Of a stretch of DNA of 64,000 nt, positions 1 to 11,472 are shown in pieces. The position numbers and the translations under genes were made by a program. Position 1 is the stretch's first letter; each line of letters begins with the position of its first letter. The stretch is from Malacoraja senta (Eukaryota), in contig JAXLNO010000071.1 in NCBI GenBank assembly GCA_038087875.1, positions 1-64,000 on the forward strand, read 5' to 3'. A model generated the notes under the pieces. It did not search any database, was not told the origin of the DNA, and saw only the letters and a list, made by a program, of their open reading frames with translations.

Positions 1-223
1 TCTCCCCTGCAAGATATCGCTCTGAAGCTCCCCCCACCACCCCCACCACCAACCCCCCTCCACACACACACACTAACCAGTTCCCATATCACAACTTCCT
101 ATAAGATTTAGTTTAGTTAAGTTCAGTGCAGTTTAGCTCAGAGACCAAGCGTGGAAACAGGCCCTTCGGCCCACCGAGTTCGTGCCGACCAGCGATCGCC
201 TGATTAAACACTAGTGCTGTGTT

Positions 224-1100
224 TAGTTTAGAGATACAGCGCGGAAACAGGCCCTTCGGCCCACCAAGTCCGCGCCGACCAGCGATCCCCACACACTAAC
301 ATTATCCGACACACACTAGGGGACAATTTACAATTTTTACCGAAGCCAATTAACCTACAAACCTACACGTCTTTGGAGTGTGGGAGGAAACCGGAGCGCC
401 CGGAGAAATAATAATTATAATAATATATTTTATTGTCATTGCACACAGGTGCAACGAGATTTGGTATGCAGCTTCCATCTGATGTCACAACTTAAACAAC
501 TAATACAATTTTGATACCCCGAGAAACATGGTTTATAAAATAAAGAACAGTAAAACAGTAAAATAGTCTAAAGTGCAAATGTATCTGTGCCGGGTCGATG
601 TGCGACGTGACCATCCGAGGGAGACGTTCATGGGGGTGGGGGGCACTCAGCAGGGCCGGTTCAGAGCAGCTATAGCTCTGGGGATGAAGCTCTTCCTGAT
701 TCTGGAAGTGCGGGCGTAGAAGGCCTTGTAACGTCTGCAGGAAGGTAGGAGTTCAAATAGACTATTACAGGGGTATGAGGAGTCTTTGTGGATACTGACG
801 GCCTTCCTGAGGCACCGTGTATAGTAGATGCCCTCCAAAGCTGGTATCTGTGTCCCAATGATCTTCTGCGCTCAGTGGACGACGCGCTGAACAGCTCTCC
901 TCTCCGTCTCCGTGCAGCTGAGATACCACACAGAGATGACATATTTTAGTATGCTCTCTGGTGCAGCGGTAAAAGGTTGTGGAAACCCACGCAGGTCATG
1001 GGGAGAACGTACAAACTCCGTACAGACAGCACCCGTGGTCGGGATCGAACCTGGGTCTCTGGCGCTGTGAGGCAGCAGCTCTACCCGCTGCGCCACCGTG
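224..1100 (-). mobile_element. HE1-like tRNA-derived V-SINE interrupted by a LINE fragment (paralogous copies ~28578..29455 + and ~42331..43206 -)
   Basis: The minus-strand head has A box GGTGGCGCAGCGGG and B box GGTTCGATCCC, followed by V-domain-like GGAGTTTGTACGTTCTCCCC..GCGTGGGTTT / CTCCGGTTTCCTCCCACACTCCAAAGA and a CR1-type tail GGGCCGAAGGGCCTGTTTCCGCGCTGTATCTCTAAACTAAA. Confidence 0.8.
409..980 (-). mobile_element. 5'-truncated Rex1/Babar (L2-group)-like LINE 3' fragment nested in the SINE (copies ~28697..29270 + and ~42513..43088 -)
   Basis: Translation ESIL..WY..C..ERRAVQRVV / IYYTRCLRKAVSIHKDSSYP..LFELLPS.RRY..RTSR.R.SF.PRAI..LN, followed by AATAAA and a TTA-type tail. Confidence 0.72.
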
Positions 1101-1712
1101 ACGGCCCACTACACGTTGCGCAGCCGGGAAGAAACTGTCCCTGAATCTGGAGGTGTGCGTTCGTTTTCACACTTCTGTACCTGTTGTCCGATGGGAGAGG
1201 GGAGGAGAGGGAGTGACCGGGGTGAGACTGGTCCTTGATTATGCTGCTGGCCTTGCCGAGGCATTTAACCCTTGTTGGACAAATGGGATTGTTTTCTCTG
1301 GAGCGTCGGAGGCTGACGGGAGACCTGATTAGAACGTCTTTGTTCTCCAGAGATGATGCCTGACCCGCTGAGTTACTCTAGCACTTTGTACCTATCCACA
1401 TTCTCCAGAGATGCTGCCTGACCCGCTGAGTTACTCCAGCACTTTGTACCTGTCCACATTCTCCAGAGATGCTGCCTGACCCTCTGAGCCGGTGTGGGCA
1501 GGTTGGGCTGAAGGGTCTGTTTCCACGCTGTATCACTCTATGTCTCTAAGACTATGGCTCTATGAGTTACTCCAACATGTTGTGCCTGTTTCGTATCTGA
1601 TGCTGGGAGGAAGTGTGTTCACTGAGCCTTTGATCCAGGTTTCCTCCGAGATTCGCTGTTCTCTGATGAAAGTTATACATGTTTTGTTGACGAGCTTTTC
1701 GCGAGCCGTGAT

Positions 1713-2243
1713 TAGGGTTGGCAACTGTCCCGTATTAGCCGGGACATCCCGTACATTGGCCTATAAATTGGTTTGTCCCGTACAGGACCGCCCTTGTCCC
1801 GTATTTGACTGCTTCTACCCGGGTCGAGGGGACTGTCGGGTCGGAGCGTCACATCCAGCCCCGCCTCGCCCGTCCCGACGTAGTGCAGTCTATGGAGTGC
1901 AGCAGCAGCAGCAGCGCCTCGCCCGTGGCCCCGTCGGTCGGTCGGTCAGCAGCCCGGCCAGCTGACCGACCCTCGGACCTTCGCTGACCGCCGATACCAC
2001 CACCACCCCTCCTTCTCATGGGCCGATCGTCGGTTCACGAGTTGGACGGGGCGCCGGTCGTTGCCCCCTGGGCCAAAACTCCTCAGCTGGCCCGCCGGCT
2101 GGGCTATGTGTACAGTCCAGCACCCGGGGCAACTCATCATTCACCCAGCCACGGCCGAGTCGCTCAACGAATTGTCGTCGGGGAATTTGTCCCGTATTTT
2201 GACATTTGTCCCTTATTTGGGAGTGAGAAAGTTGGCAACCATA
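1713..2243. mobile_element. Non-autonomous hAT (Tip100/Zaphod-like) DNA transposon/MITE, ~530 bp
   Basis: TIRs TAGGGTTGGCAAC ... GTTGGCAACCATA, subterminal GTCCCGTA(TT) repeats, an 8-bp TSD GCCGTGAT/GCCATGAT (one mismatch at a CpG) and a GC/CpG-rich interior. Confidence 0.8.
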
Positions 2244-2902
2244 GCCATGATGATTTAGGACTCACGGCAGTCCCAAGATAGTTGGTGGCTTTATAGAGAC
2301 AATAATTCCTGCCTTCCCTTTCCATCCAGTTGAGTTTATTGTCACGTGTACCGAGGTACAGTGAAAAGCTTTCTTGTTGCGTGCTATCCAGTCAGCGGAA
2401 AGACAATACATGATTACAATCGGGCCGTCCACAGTGTACAGATACAGGATAAAGGGAATAACGTTTAGTGCAAGATATAGGCATTGGTGAGGCCACATTT
2501 AAAGTATTATGTTCAGTTCTGGGCACTGTGTTATAAGGAAAAAAGTTTAGTTTGGTTCAGTTCATGTTAGTTCAGAGATACAGCGCGGAAATAGGCCCTT
2601 TGGCCCTTCATGCCCCTTGGGGTATGGGCCTGTAATCGCTGGAGTTTAGAAGAATGAGTGGGAGTGACCTCATTGAAACGTACAGAATAGTGAAAGGCCT
2701 GGATAGAGTGGATGTGGAGAGGATGTTTCCAGTAGTGGGAGAGTCTGGGACCAGAGGTCACAGCCTCAGAATTAAAGGACGTTCCTTTAGGAAGGATATG
2801 AGGGGGAATTTCTTTTGCCAGAGGGTGGTGAATCTGTGGGATTCTTTGCCACACACGGCGGTGGAGGCCACAAGTCAGTGGATATATTTAAGGCTGTGTT
2901 TA

Positions 2903-3296
2903 AGAAAGAACTGCAGATGCTGGAAAAATCGAAGGTAGACAAAAATGCTGGAGAAACTCAGCGCGTGAGGCAGCATCTATGGAGCGACATTGCGGGTCGA
3001 GACCCTTCTTCAGACTGATGTGGGGGGGGGCGGCGGGAAGAAGAAAGGAAGAGGCGGAGACAGTGGGCTGTGGGAGAGCTGGGAAGGGGAGGGGAAGGAG
3101 GGAGAAAGCAGGGACTACCTGTAATTGGAGAAGTCAATGTTCATACCGGTGGGGTGTAAACTGCCCAAGCGAAATATGAGGTGCTGCTCCTCCAATTTGC
3201 AGTGGGACTTACTCTAGCCATGGAGGAGGCCCAGGACAGAAAGGTCGGATTCGGAATGGGACGGGCAGTTGAAGTGCTGAGCCACCGGGAGATCGA
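2903..3296 (-). mobile_element. Penelope-like element 3' fragment (GIY-YIG C-terminus plus downstream repeat) inserted in a CR1 3' fragment; copies 26412..26815 (+) and ~44980..45382 (-)
   Basis: Reads LPVAQHFNCPSHSESDLSVLGLLHG..ESHCKLEEQHLIFRLGSLHPTGMNIDFSN. CR1 3' sequence lies on both sides (2625..2895 and 3296..3350). Confidence 0.75.
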
Positions 3297-3354
3297 TTCT
3301 TGATTAGTACGGGTGTCAGGGGTAATGGGGAGAAGGCAGGAGAATGGGAGGGAG

Positions 3355-6300
3355 AGATATAAGTGGTATAAGAGATATACGTTCAAAATAAGTGGTGTAG
3401 AGGAAGCCGCTGATTGGTGGAAGCGGACTAGAGGAAGCAGCTGATTGGGAGTAACGCCAAATACTGCCGGCCCTGCCGATTTCTTCCAGCACTTTGTATT
3501 GTATCCTGGGTAAGGTGGGAGTATGAGGGCCAGGGCAGTTTACTGTTCTGGATGTCAGATGTGGGAGGTCAAAGAGTCTGATAGCCTTCCAGACGTCCAC
3601 ATCTGTGCCAGGTGCATCGAAATGGGGCTCTTAAGGGACCGTATTAGGAATCTGGAGCAGCAGGTCGATGACCTCTGTCTGGTCAGGGAGAGTGAGGAGG
3701 TCATAGAGAGGAGTTATAGAGAGGTGGTCACTCCAAGACCACGGGAGACAGTCAAGTGGGTCACGGTTAGGAGGGGCAACGGGCAAAGGCAGGGACTAGA
3801 GAGTACCCCGGTGGCTGTACACCTTGACAATAAGTATTCCTGTTTGAGTACTGTTGGGGGGGACAGCCTACCTGGGGGTAGCGACAGAGGCCGGGCCTCC
3901 GGCACAGAGTCTGGCCCTGTTGCTCAGAAGGTTAGGGAAAAGAAGAGGAGGACAGTAGTAATAGGGGACTCTATAGTTAGGGGTCTGATAGGCGATTCTG
4001 TGGACGCAGTCAGGAGACGCGGATGGTAGTTTGCCTCCCTGGTGCCAGGGTCTGGGATGTGTCTGAACGTGTCCAATATATCCTGAAATCGGAGGGAGAG
4101 GAGCCTGAGGTTGTGGTACATACAGGTACCAAAGACATAGGTAGAAAAAGAGAAGAGGACCTGAAAGGAGAATTTAGGGTGTTAGGAGGAGAGTTAAGGA
4201 GAAGGACCGCAAAAGTAACAATCTCAGGATTACTGCCTGTGCCACACGACAGTGAGAGTAGGAATGGAGTGAGGTGGAGGATAAATGCGTGGCTGAGGGA
4301 CTGGTGCAGAGGGCAGGGATTAAAGTTTCTGGATCATTGGGACCTCTTTTGGGGAAGGTGTGACCTGTACAAAAAGGACGGGTTGCATTTGAACCCGAGG
4401 CGAACCAATATCCTGGCGGGGAGATTTGCAAAGGCTACTGGGGAGACGTTAAACTAGAATGGTTGGGGGGAGGGACTCAAATAGAGAAAGCTAGTATGAC
4501 AGTGTGTGAGGCAGGAGGCAGAGAAGGGAAGCACTCAGACCCAACATGTAGGGGAGAAAGAAGAAAAAGATAATAAACAGAGAATAAGAGGTGGTGGTTT
4601 TATTAAATGTGTATATTTTAATGCTAGGAGCATTGTAAGAAAGGTGGATGAGCTTAGAGCCTGGATTGACACCTGGAAGTATGATGTTGTGGCGATTAGT
4701 GAAACATGGTTGCAGGATGGCTGCGATTGGAAACGAAATATTCCAGGATTTCGTTGCTTCAGGTGTGGTAGAATTGGAGGGGCAAGAGGTGGAGGCGTTG
4801 CATTGCTTGTCACGGAAGATATTACAGCAGTGCTTTGGCAGGATAGATTAGAGGGCTCGTCTAGGGAGGCTATTTGGGTGGAACTGAGAAATGGGTAAGG
4901 GGTGTATTATAGACCGCCTAATGGGGAGTGAGAATTGGAAGAGCAACTATGTAAGGAGATAGCAGATATTAGTAGTAAGTACAAGGTACTGATTGTGGGA
5001 GATTTCAATTTTCCACACATAGACTGGGAAACACATTCTGTAAGAGGGCTGGATGGTTTGGAGTTTGTAAAATGTGTGCAGGATAGTTTTTTGCAGCAAT
5101 ACATAGAGGTACCTACTAGAGAAGGGGCAGTGCTGGACCTCCTGTTAGGAAATGAGACAGGGCAGGTGGCGGAGGTATGCGTTGGGGAGCACTTCGGGTC
5201 CAGTGATCACAATACCATTAGTTTCAATATAATTATGGAGAAGGTCAGAACTGGACCTAGGGTTGAGATTTTTGATTGGAGAAAGGCTAACTTTGAGGAG
5301 ATGCGAAAGGATTTAAAATGAGTGAATTGGGACATTTTGTTTTATGGGAAGGATGTAGTAGAGAAATGGAGGACATTTAAAGGTGACATTTTAAGAGTAC
5401 AGAATCTTTATGTTCCTGTTCGGTTGAAAGGAAAGAGTAATAATTGGAAAGAGCCATGGTTTTCAAGGGAAATTGCACACGGTTCTGAAAAAGAGAGAGA
5501 TCTACAATAATTATAGGCAGCATGGAGTAAATGAGGTGCTTGAGGAGTATAAAGAATGTAAAAAGAATCTTAAGAAAGAAATTAGAAAAGCTAAAAGAAG
5601 ATATGGTTGCTTTGGCAAGTAAGGTGAAAGTAAATCCAAAGCGTTTCTCCAGCTATATTAATAGCAAAAGGATAACTAGGGATAAAATTAGTCCATTAGA
5701 GTGTCAGAGTGGACAGCTATCTGCAGAGCCAAAAGAGATGGTGGAGATATTGAACAATTTCTTTTCCTCGGTATTCACTAAGGAGAAGGATATTGAATTA
5801 TGTGAGGTAAGGGAAACAAGTAGAGTAGCTATGGGAACTACGAGGATCAAAGAAAGTGGAAGTACTGACACTTTTGAAAAATATAAAAGTGGATAAGTCT
5901 CCAGGTCCCGACAAGATATTCCCTAGGACATTGAGGGAAGTTAGTGTACAAATAGCAGGGGCTATGACAGAAATATTTCAAATGTCATTAGAAACGGGAA
6001 TGGTACCGGAGGATTGGCGTACTGCGCATGTTGTTCCATTGTTCAAAAAGGGTTCTAAGAGTAAACCTAGCAATTATAGACCTGTTAGTTTGACGTCAGT
6101 GGTGGGCAAATTAATGGAAAGGATACTTAGAGATAATATATATAATCATCTGGATAAACAGGGTCTGATTAGGAAAAGTCAACATGGATTTGTGCCTGGA
6201 AGGACATGTTTGACTAATCATCTTGAATTTTTTGAAGAAGTTACTAGGGAAATTGATGAGGGTAAAGCGGTGGATGTTGTCTATATGGACTTCAGTAAGG

Positions 6301-7493
6301 CCTTTGACAAGGTTCCACATGGAAGGTTGGTTAAGAAGGTTCAATTGTTGGGTATTAATAGTGGAGTAGCAAGATGGATTCAACAGTAGCTGAATGGGAG
6401 ATACCAGAGAGTAATGGTGGATAACTATATGTCAGGTTGCAGGCCGGTGACTAGTGGGGTGCCTCAGGGATCTGTGTTGGGTCCACTGTTTTTTGTCATA
6501 TACATCAACGTTGGTGTGTATGTTGGTGTGGTAAATTGGATTAGTAAGTATGCAGATGATACTAAGATAGGTGATGTTGTGGAAAATGAAGTTGATTTTC
6601 AAAGTCTACAGAGAGATTTAGGCCATTTATAAGAGTGGGCTGAAAGATGGCAGATGGAGCTTAATGCTGATAAGTGTGAGGTGCTACATCTTGGCAGGAC
6701 AAATCAAAATAGAACGTACATGGTAAATGGTAGCGAATGGAGGAATGCAGTTGAACAGATGGATCTAGGAATAACTGTGCATAGTTCCCCGAGGTGGAAT
6801 CTAATGTAGATAGGGTGGTAAAGAAAGCTTTTGGTGTGCTGGCCTTTATAAATCAGAGCATTGAATATAGAAGTTGGGATGTAATGTTAAAATTGTACAA
6901 GGCATTGGTGAGGCCAATTCTGGAGTATGGAGTACAATTTTGGTCGCCTAATTATAGGAAGGATGTCAACAAAATAGTGAGAGTACAGAGGAGATTTACT
7001 AGAATGTTGCCTGGGTTTCAGCAACTAAGTTACAGAGAAAGGTTGAACAAGTTAGGTCTATATTCTTTGAAGCGCAGAAGGTTAAGAGGGGACTTGATAG
7101 AGGTCTTTAAAATGATGAGCGGGTTAGACAGAGTTGACGTGGATAAGCTTTTCCCATTGAGAGTAGGGAAGATTCAAACAAGGGGACATGACTTGAGAAT
7201 TAAGGGACAGAAGTTTAGGGGTAACATTAGGGGGAACTTCTTTACTCAGAGTGTGGTAGCTGTGTGGAATGAGCTTCCAGTGGAAGTGGTGGAGGCAGGT
7301 TCGATTTTATAATTTAAAAATAGATTGGATAGGTATATGGACGGGAAAGGAATGGAGGGTTATGGTCTGAGTGCAGGTAGATGGGACTAGGGGGAAGTAA
7401 TAATAAAAAAAATTTAAAAAATAAAAAAGTGTTCGGCACGGACTTGAAGGGCCGAGATGGCCTGTTTCCGTGCTGTAATGGTTATATGGTTAT
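3355..7493 (+). mobile_element. Near full-length, inactivated CR1-clade LINE (ORF1 Zn-finger + SGNH esterase; ORF2 APE endonuclease + RT)
   Basis: ORF1 from 3523 has YCSGC...ICARC, VIGDSIVRG, VHTGT and KDGLHLN. ORF2 has [57 protein letters not shown] and the CR1 C-terminus RPILEY/VWNELP. The 3' tail is (GTTATATG)n. Several stops and frameshifts. Confidence 0.93.
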
Positions 7494-9559
7494 TGATGGG
7501 GACGATCAGCCATGATCACAATGAATGGCGGTGCTGGCTCGAAGGGCCAAACGGCCTCCTCCTGCAACTATTTTCTATGTTTCTAATTGTTCAAGACGTT
7601 GGTGATAACCCATCTGGCTCAGAAATGGGAAGGATTTTAATGAAGGCTCACCGAGAATTACTGAAGAGAACCCAAATTCCAAACGCGAATGAAACCCAAC
7701 GACACAGACCTGGAAACGATGGAACTCAGAACTGCTATCGAACTGAGAGAAAGCAGAACTGATTAGACGGTGATGATGTCAGGTATTTATACCAAGTCAG
7801 AAATTAGGGGAGCAGATTAAATGCAGGCGTAACTTCTTATAGTTCAGGGGACGAGTGAGGAGAGAGTCTCAAGTGTCTGGAGACGTGGCAAGTGTGACAA
7901 TCCCATCGTTGAAACATAGACAATAGGTGCAGGAGGATGCCATTCCGCCCTTCGTGCCAGCACCGCCATTCATTGTGATCATGGCTGATCGTCCCCAATC
8001 AATAACCCGTGCCTGCCTTCTCCCCATATCCTTTGATTCCACCAGCCCCTAGAGCTCTATCTAACTCTCTCTTAAATCCATCCAGTGATTTGGCCTCCAC
8101 TGCCCTCTGTGGCAGGGAATTCCACAAATTCACAACTCTCTGGGAGAAAACGTTTTTTCTCACCTCAGTCTTAAATGGCCTCCCCTTATTCTAAGAAACA
8201 GTTTGACAGGTTCATGGATAGGATAGGTTTGGAGGAATATGGATAAAGCGCAGGCAAGTGGGACTAGTGTAACTGGGACATTGTTGGCCGGTGTGGGCGC
8301 GTTGTGCAGAAGAGCCTGTTTCCGCAAAGTATCACTCTATGACTCTATGTTCTGAAGTCGGTTTGAGACGGCTTGAACCATGGAACCACGGAGGCAACAC
8401 ACCATGAAACCAATTTTCTATCCATTAGGCTAACTGTCCTTAGATCCTATGCGATGTTACCTTTCCCAGCAGCCTACCACACGTACCTTGGCAAATAACT
8501 TGCTGAAATCCATATACACGCCGTCCTCAGCTGTGCTCTCAACAACCTTTTGCTTACATCTTCAAAAACGAAGCCTAAATACAGGGGACTTGATCAATCA
8601 CCTTGTTCAACTCTCGTTTATATGGAACACATCAGGATACGTGCCAATCACATGAAGCCCAACTATTCACTTGCAATGATTAAACTCACTGAAACCGCCA
8701 AGTAACTGGAAAATAAACTTCATATTGGTGGAATTTGTAGAGCTGCTGGCAATTAACTGCGGAGCCCATGTTTCAATCCTGACACGTAGTGCTGATAGTG
8801 TTGAGTTTGAACGCTCTCCCCGAGACCTCATGGGTTCCACCAGCGTCCCCAGTGTTCCTCCGACAATTGAAAGACGTGGGTGTTGTTTGGCTGATTTGAC
8901 TGTTTAAGATGAGTGGGAGCACCTGGAGAAGCTAATGAAACCAATGTTTTGTCTGTCGGTCCTTGTTCAATGGCGGGACATGTAGGGGTCGGGGCTGTGA
9001 ACACGTTATGTGACTTAATGATTTAGATTTGAGTGAAGCCGCAGTTGAAAAGATGCCATGGAATAAATGGTTTAAAAATCATTGCTAAGCCATTGCTTAT
9101 CACTGGCAGAAATATTCTAGAATCCCAGACAGTTGGTGGTAATGCAGGAGAATAAAATTAATAAGAGTGAAACGGATAAAATAAGTTGACTGCACGGATC
9201 TGATTTCCGGCTGTTTGCGCCTGCAACGATTATTCACTACCCAAGACAAATAAGGGCAGAAATTAGTTTAAACCAATTATATTTAAGCCAGAACACAAAC
9301 GGGTGTCTCCGGCATTTGGCACGTGTTTTCATTGTCATCTATTGAATTATTCATAAACGGAAGAGAAATTCAGGCGGTAATAAATTATGACTGTAGTAAG
9401 TTATGTTTCCATGCACGGGGACGACCTTGCAATTGAATTAGGACTCTTTCCATTTGAAACCAACCACATTCCATTGGTATTTCCCTGATGACGATCTAGA
9501 ATGGCTTATTCCTTCAGACAATCTATGGCGTCATCGATTCAAGGCAACATTAAATGTGT

Positions 9560-10755
9560 CACCTCTTATGGATAGAAAATTGGCTTCATGGAATGAAGCA
9601 GAGGGTAATGGTGGAAGGTTGCTTCTTGGACTGGAGGCCTGTGACTAGTTGTGTGCCTCATGGTTCGGTGCTGGGCCCGTTACCGTTTGTCATCTATATC
9701 GATGATTTGGATGATAACATACATGGCAAGATTAGCAAGTTTGCTGATGATACAAAAGTGGGAAGTTTTGCAGATAGTGAAAACGGTTGTGAAATATTGC
9801 AGCGGGATCTTCAGATTAGTTCAGTTTAGTTTATTGTCACCTGTACCGAAGTTCAGTGAAAAACCTTTGTTGCGTGCTAACCAGTCAGCAGAAGGACAAT
9901 ACATGATTACAATCGATCCATTTGCAGTGTACAGATACATGATAAGGGAATAACATGTCGTGCAAGGTAAAGCCAGCAAAGTCCGATAAGTCTTGATCGA
10001 TTGGCCAGGTGGGCTGAGGAATGGTTGATGGTATTTAACAGAGATATTTGAAGTGTTGCATTATGGGAAGTGAATGGTGGGGCTCTGGGAATGTTGTAGA
10101 GCCGAGGGATCTTGGAGTGCAGGTGCGTGGTTCCTGAAGGTTCCTGTAGGTGCAGTCGCAGGTAGTCGCAGTGGTCGAAAAGGATTTTGGCACATTGGCC
10201 TTCATCAGTCAGAGAATTAATTGGAGAAGTTGGGAGGTCATGTTGCAGTTGTATATGTCGTGGGTGAGGCAGCATTTAGAGTATTTGGGCATCATGTTAT
10301 GGGAAAAGATGTTGCCAAGCTGGAAAGAGTATAGAGAAGATTGACAAAGATGTTGCCAGGACTAGAGGGCGTGAGCTATATGGAGAGGTTGAGTAGGATG
10401 AGACTCTTCATTGGAGCGCAGGAGGATGAGGGGGTTTCTTATTGAGATGTATAAAACCACGAGAGAAATAGATAGTAAAGTTGCACAAAGTATCTTTCCC
10501 AGAGTGGGTGAGTGAAGGGAAAACGATTTAATATAAATCTAAGGGGTACCTTTTCACACAAAAGGTAGCTGTATTGGATACCCTGCCATAGGAGGTAGTT
10601 GACGCATGGACTATCCCTACGTTTAACAAACATTTAGAAAGGTACGTGGACAGGACAGATTTCGCACAGGTAGGACGTGTAGCGGGGACATGTTGGCCGT
10701 TGTGGGCAAGTTGGGCCGAAGGGCCTGTTTCTACGCTTCATCACTGTGACTATGA
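9560..10755 (+). mobile_element. Old degraded CR1 ORF2 3' portion with a nested short repeat (~9815..9990); mirror ~60430..61635
   Basis: WIENWL..KQRVMVEG..DWRPVTS.VPHGSVLGP..YIDDLD..SKFADDTK, ending in a GGGCCGAAGGGCCTGTTTC tail. Confidence 0.8.
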
Positions 10756-11472
10756 ATGTTAGTCACTACTGGCTGGGACTTAATGGAATTATCTCGTGAG
10801 TCAGTCAGTGTTAAACATTATTTCAAAATATCGACGGAGATCACGTTTAACTATAACAATATAGTCCGACCAAGTATATGAATCTCGGTAAAGAAGTCGT
10901 CAATGTTGAGTAAAGGCAAATCAGTGACTGGGCATTTACAGAACCGCTGATGATGGAATCGTGTGCGTCTCTGGGCAGAAAAATCACCACGAATCACCTT
11001 GAATGCGCCGCTTATCATTAATGTGGGTAGTTTTTCCTGTAAAAAAATAGGTGGCGAAAGCAAAGATGTAACAAAAATGAGGGTTCGTATCGCAACTTTC
11101 CATGTAGATATTGAGGTTTTGATTTAACTTTGACAGGGAAATTCCAATCGGCTGGGCGTGGAGGGTGAGCGGTTTGCAGAATCACGATGAGGGAGAATAC
11201 ATATGCGGTGAATATTTGTTTTTTTCGATGTTCCCGAACAATTGTAAAGCGTTGTGGAGCTTCACCTGAATAACCACGTGGTACTTACTTCACAATATTA
11301 TGCAACATTCTGTGAACAGTAGGCTAGCTCAGGGACTGTAAGCAACATGGAACTAATGACACCCAACGGTCCCGAAGGGATAATCCCTTTCCTTCAAATA
11401 AGGGAACCTTTCCAATGAGCCATTCCACAATCAAATAAGGAATTAACCTAATTGACAATCGGTGACAAGGAG

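Larger units (their letters stand above)
1..7493 (+). repeat. Composite block A, copy A1 (SINE/Rex/MITE/Penelope mosaic plus CR1); left end lies outside the window
   Basis: Position 1 (tctcccctgcaagatatcgc) matches the reverse complement ending at 29685. Collinear with 22253..29685 (-) and 42059..49563 (+) up to the CR1 3' tail. Confidence 0.93.
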
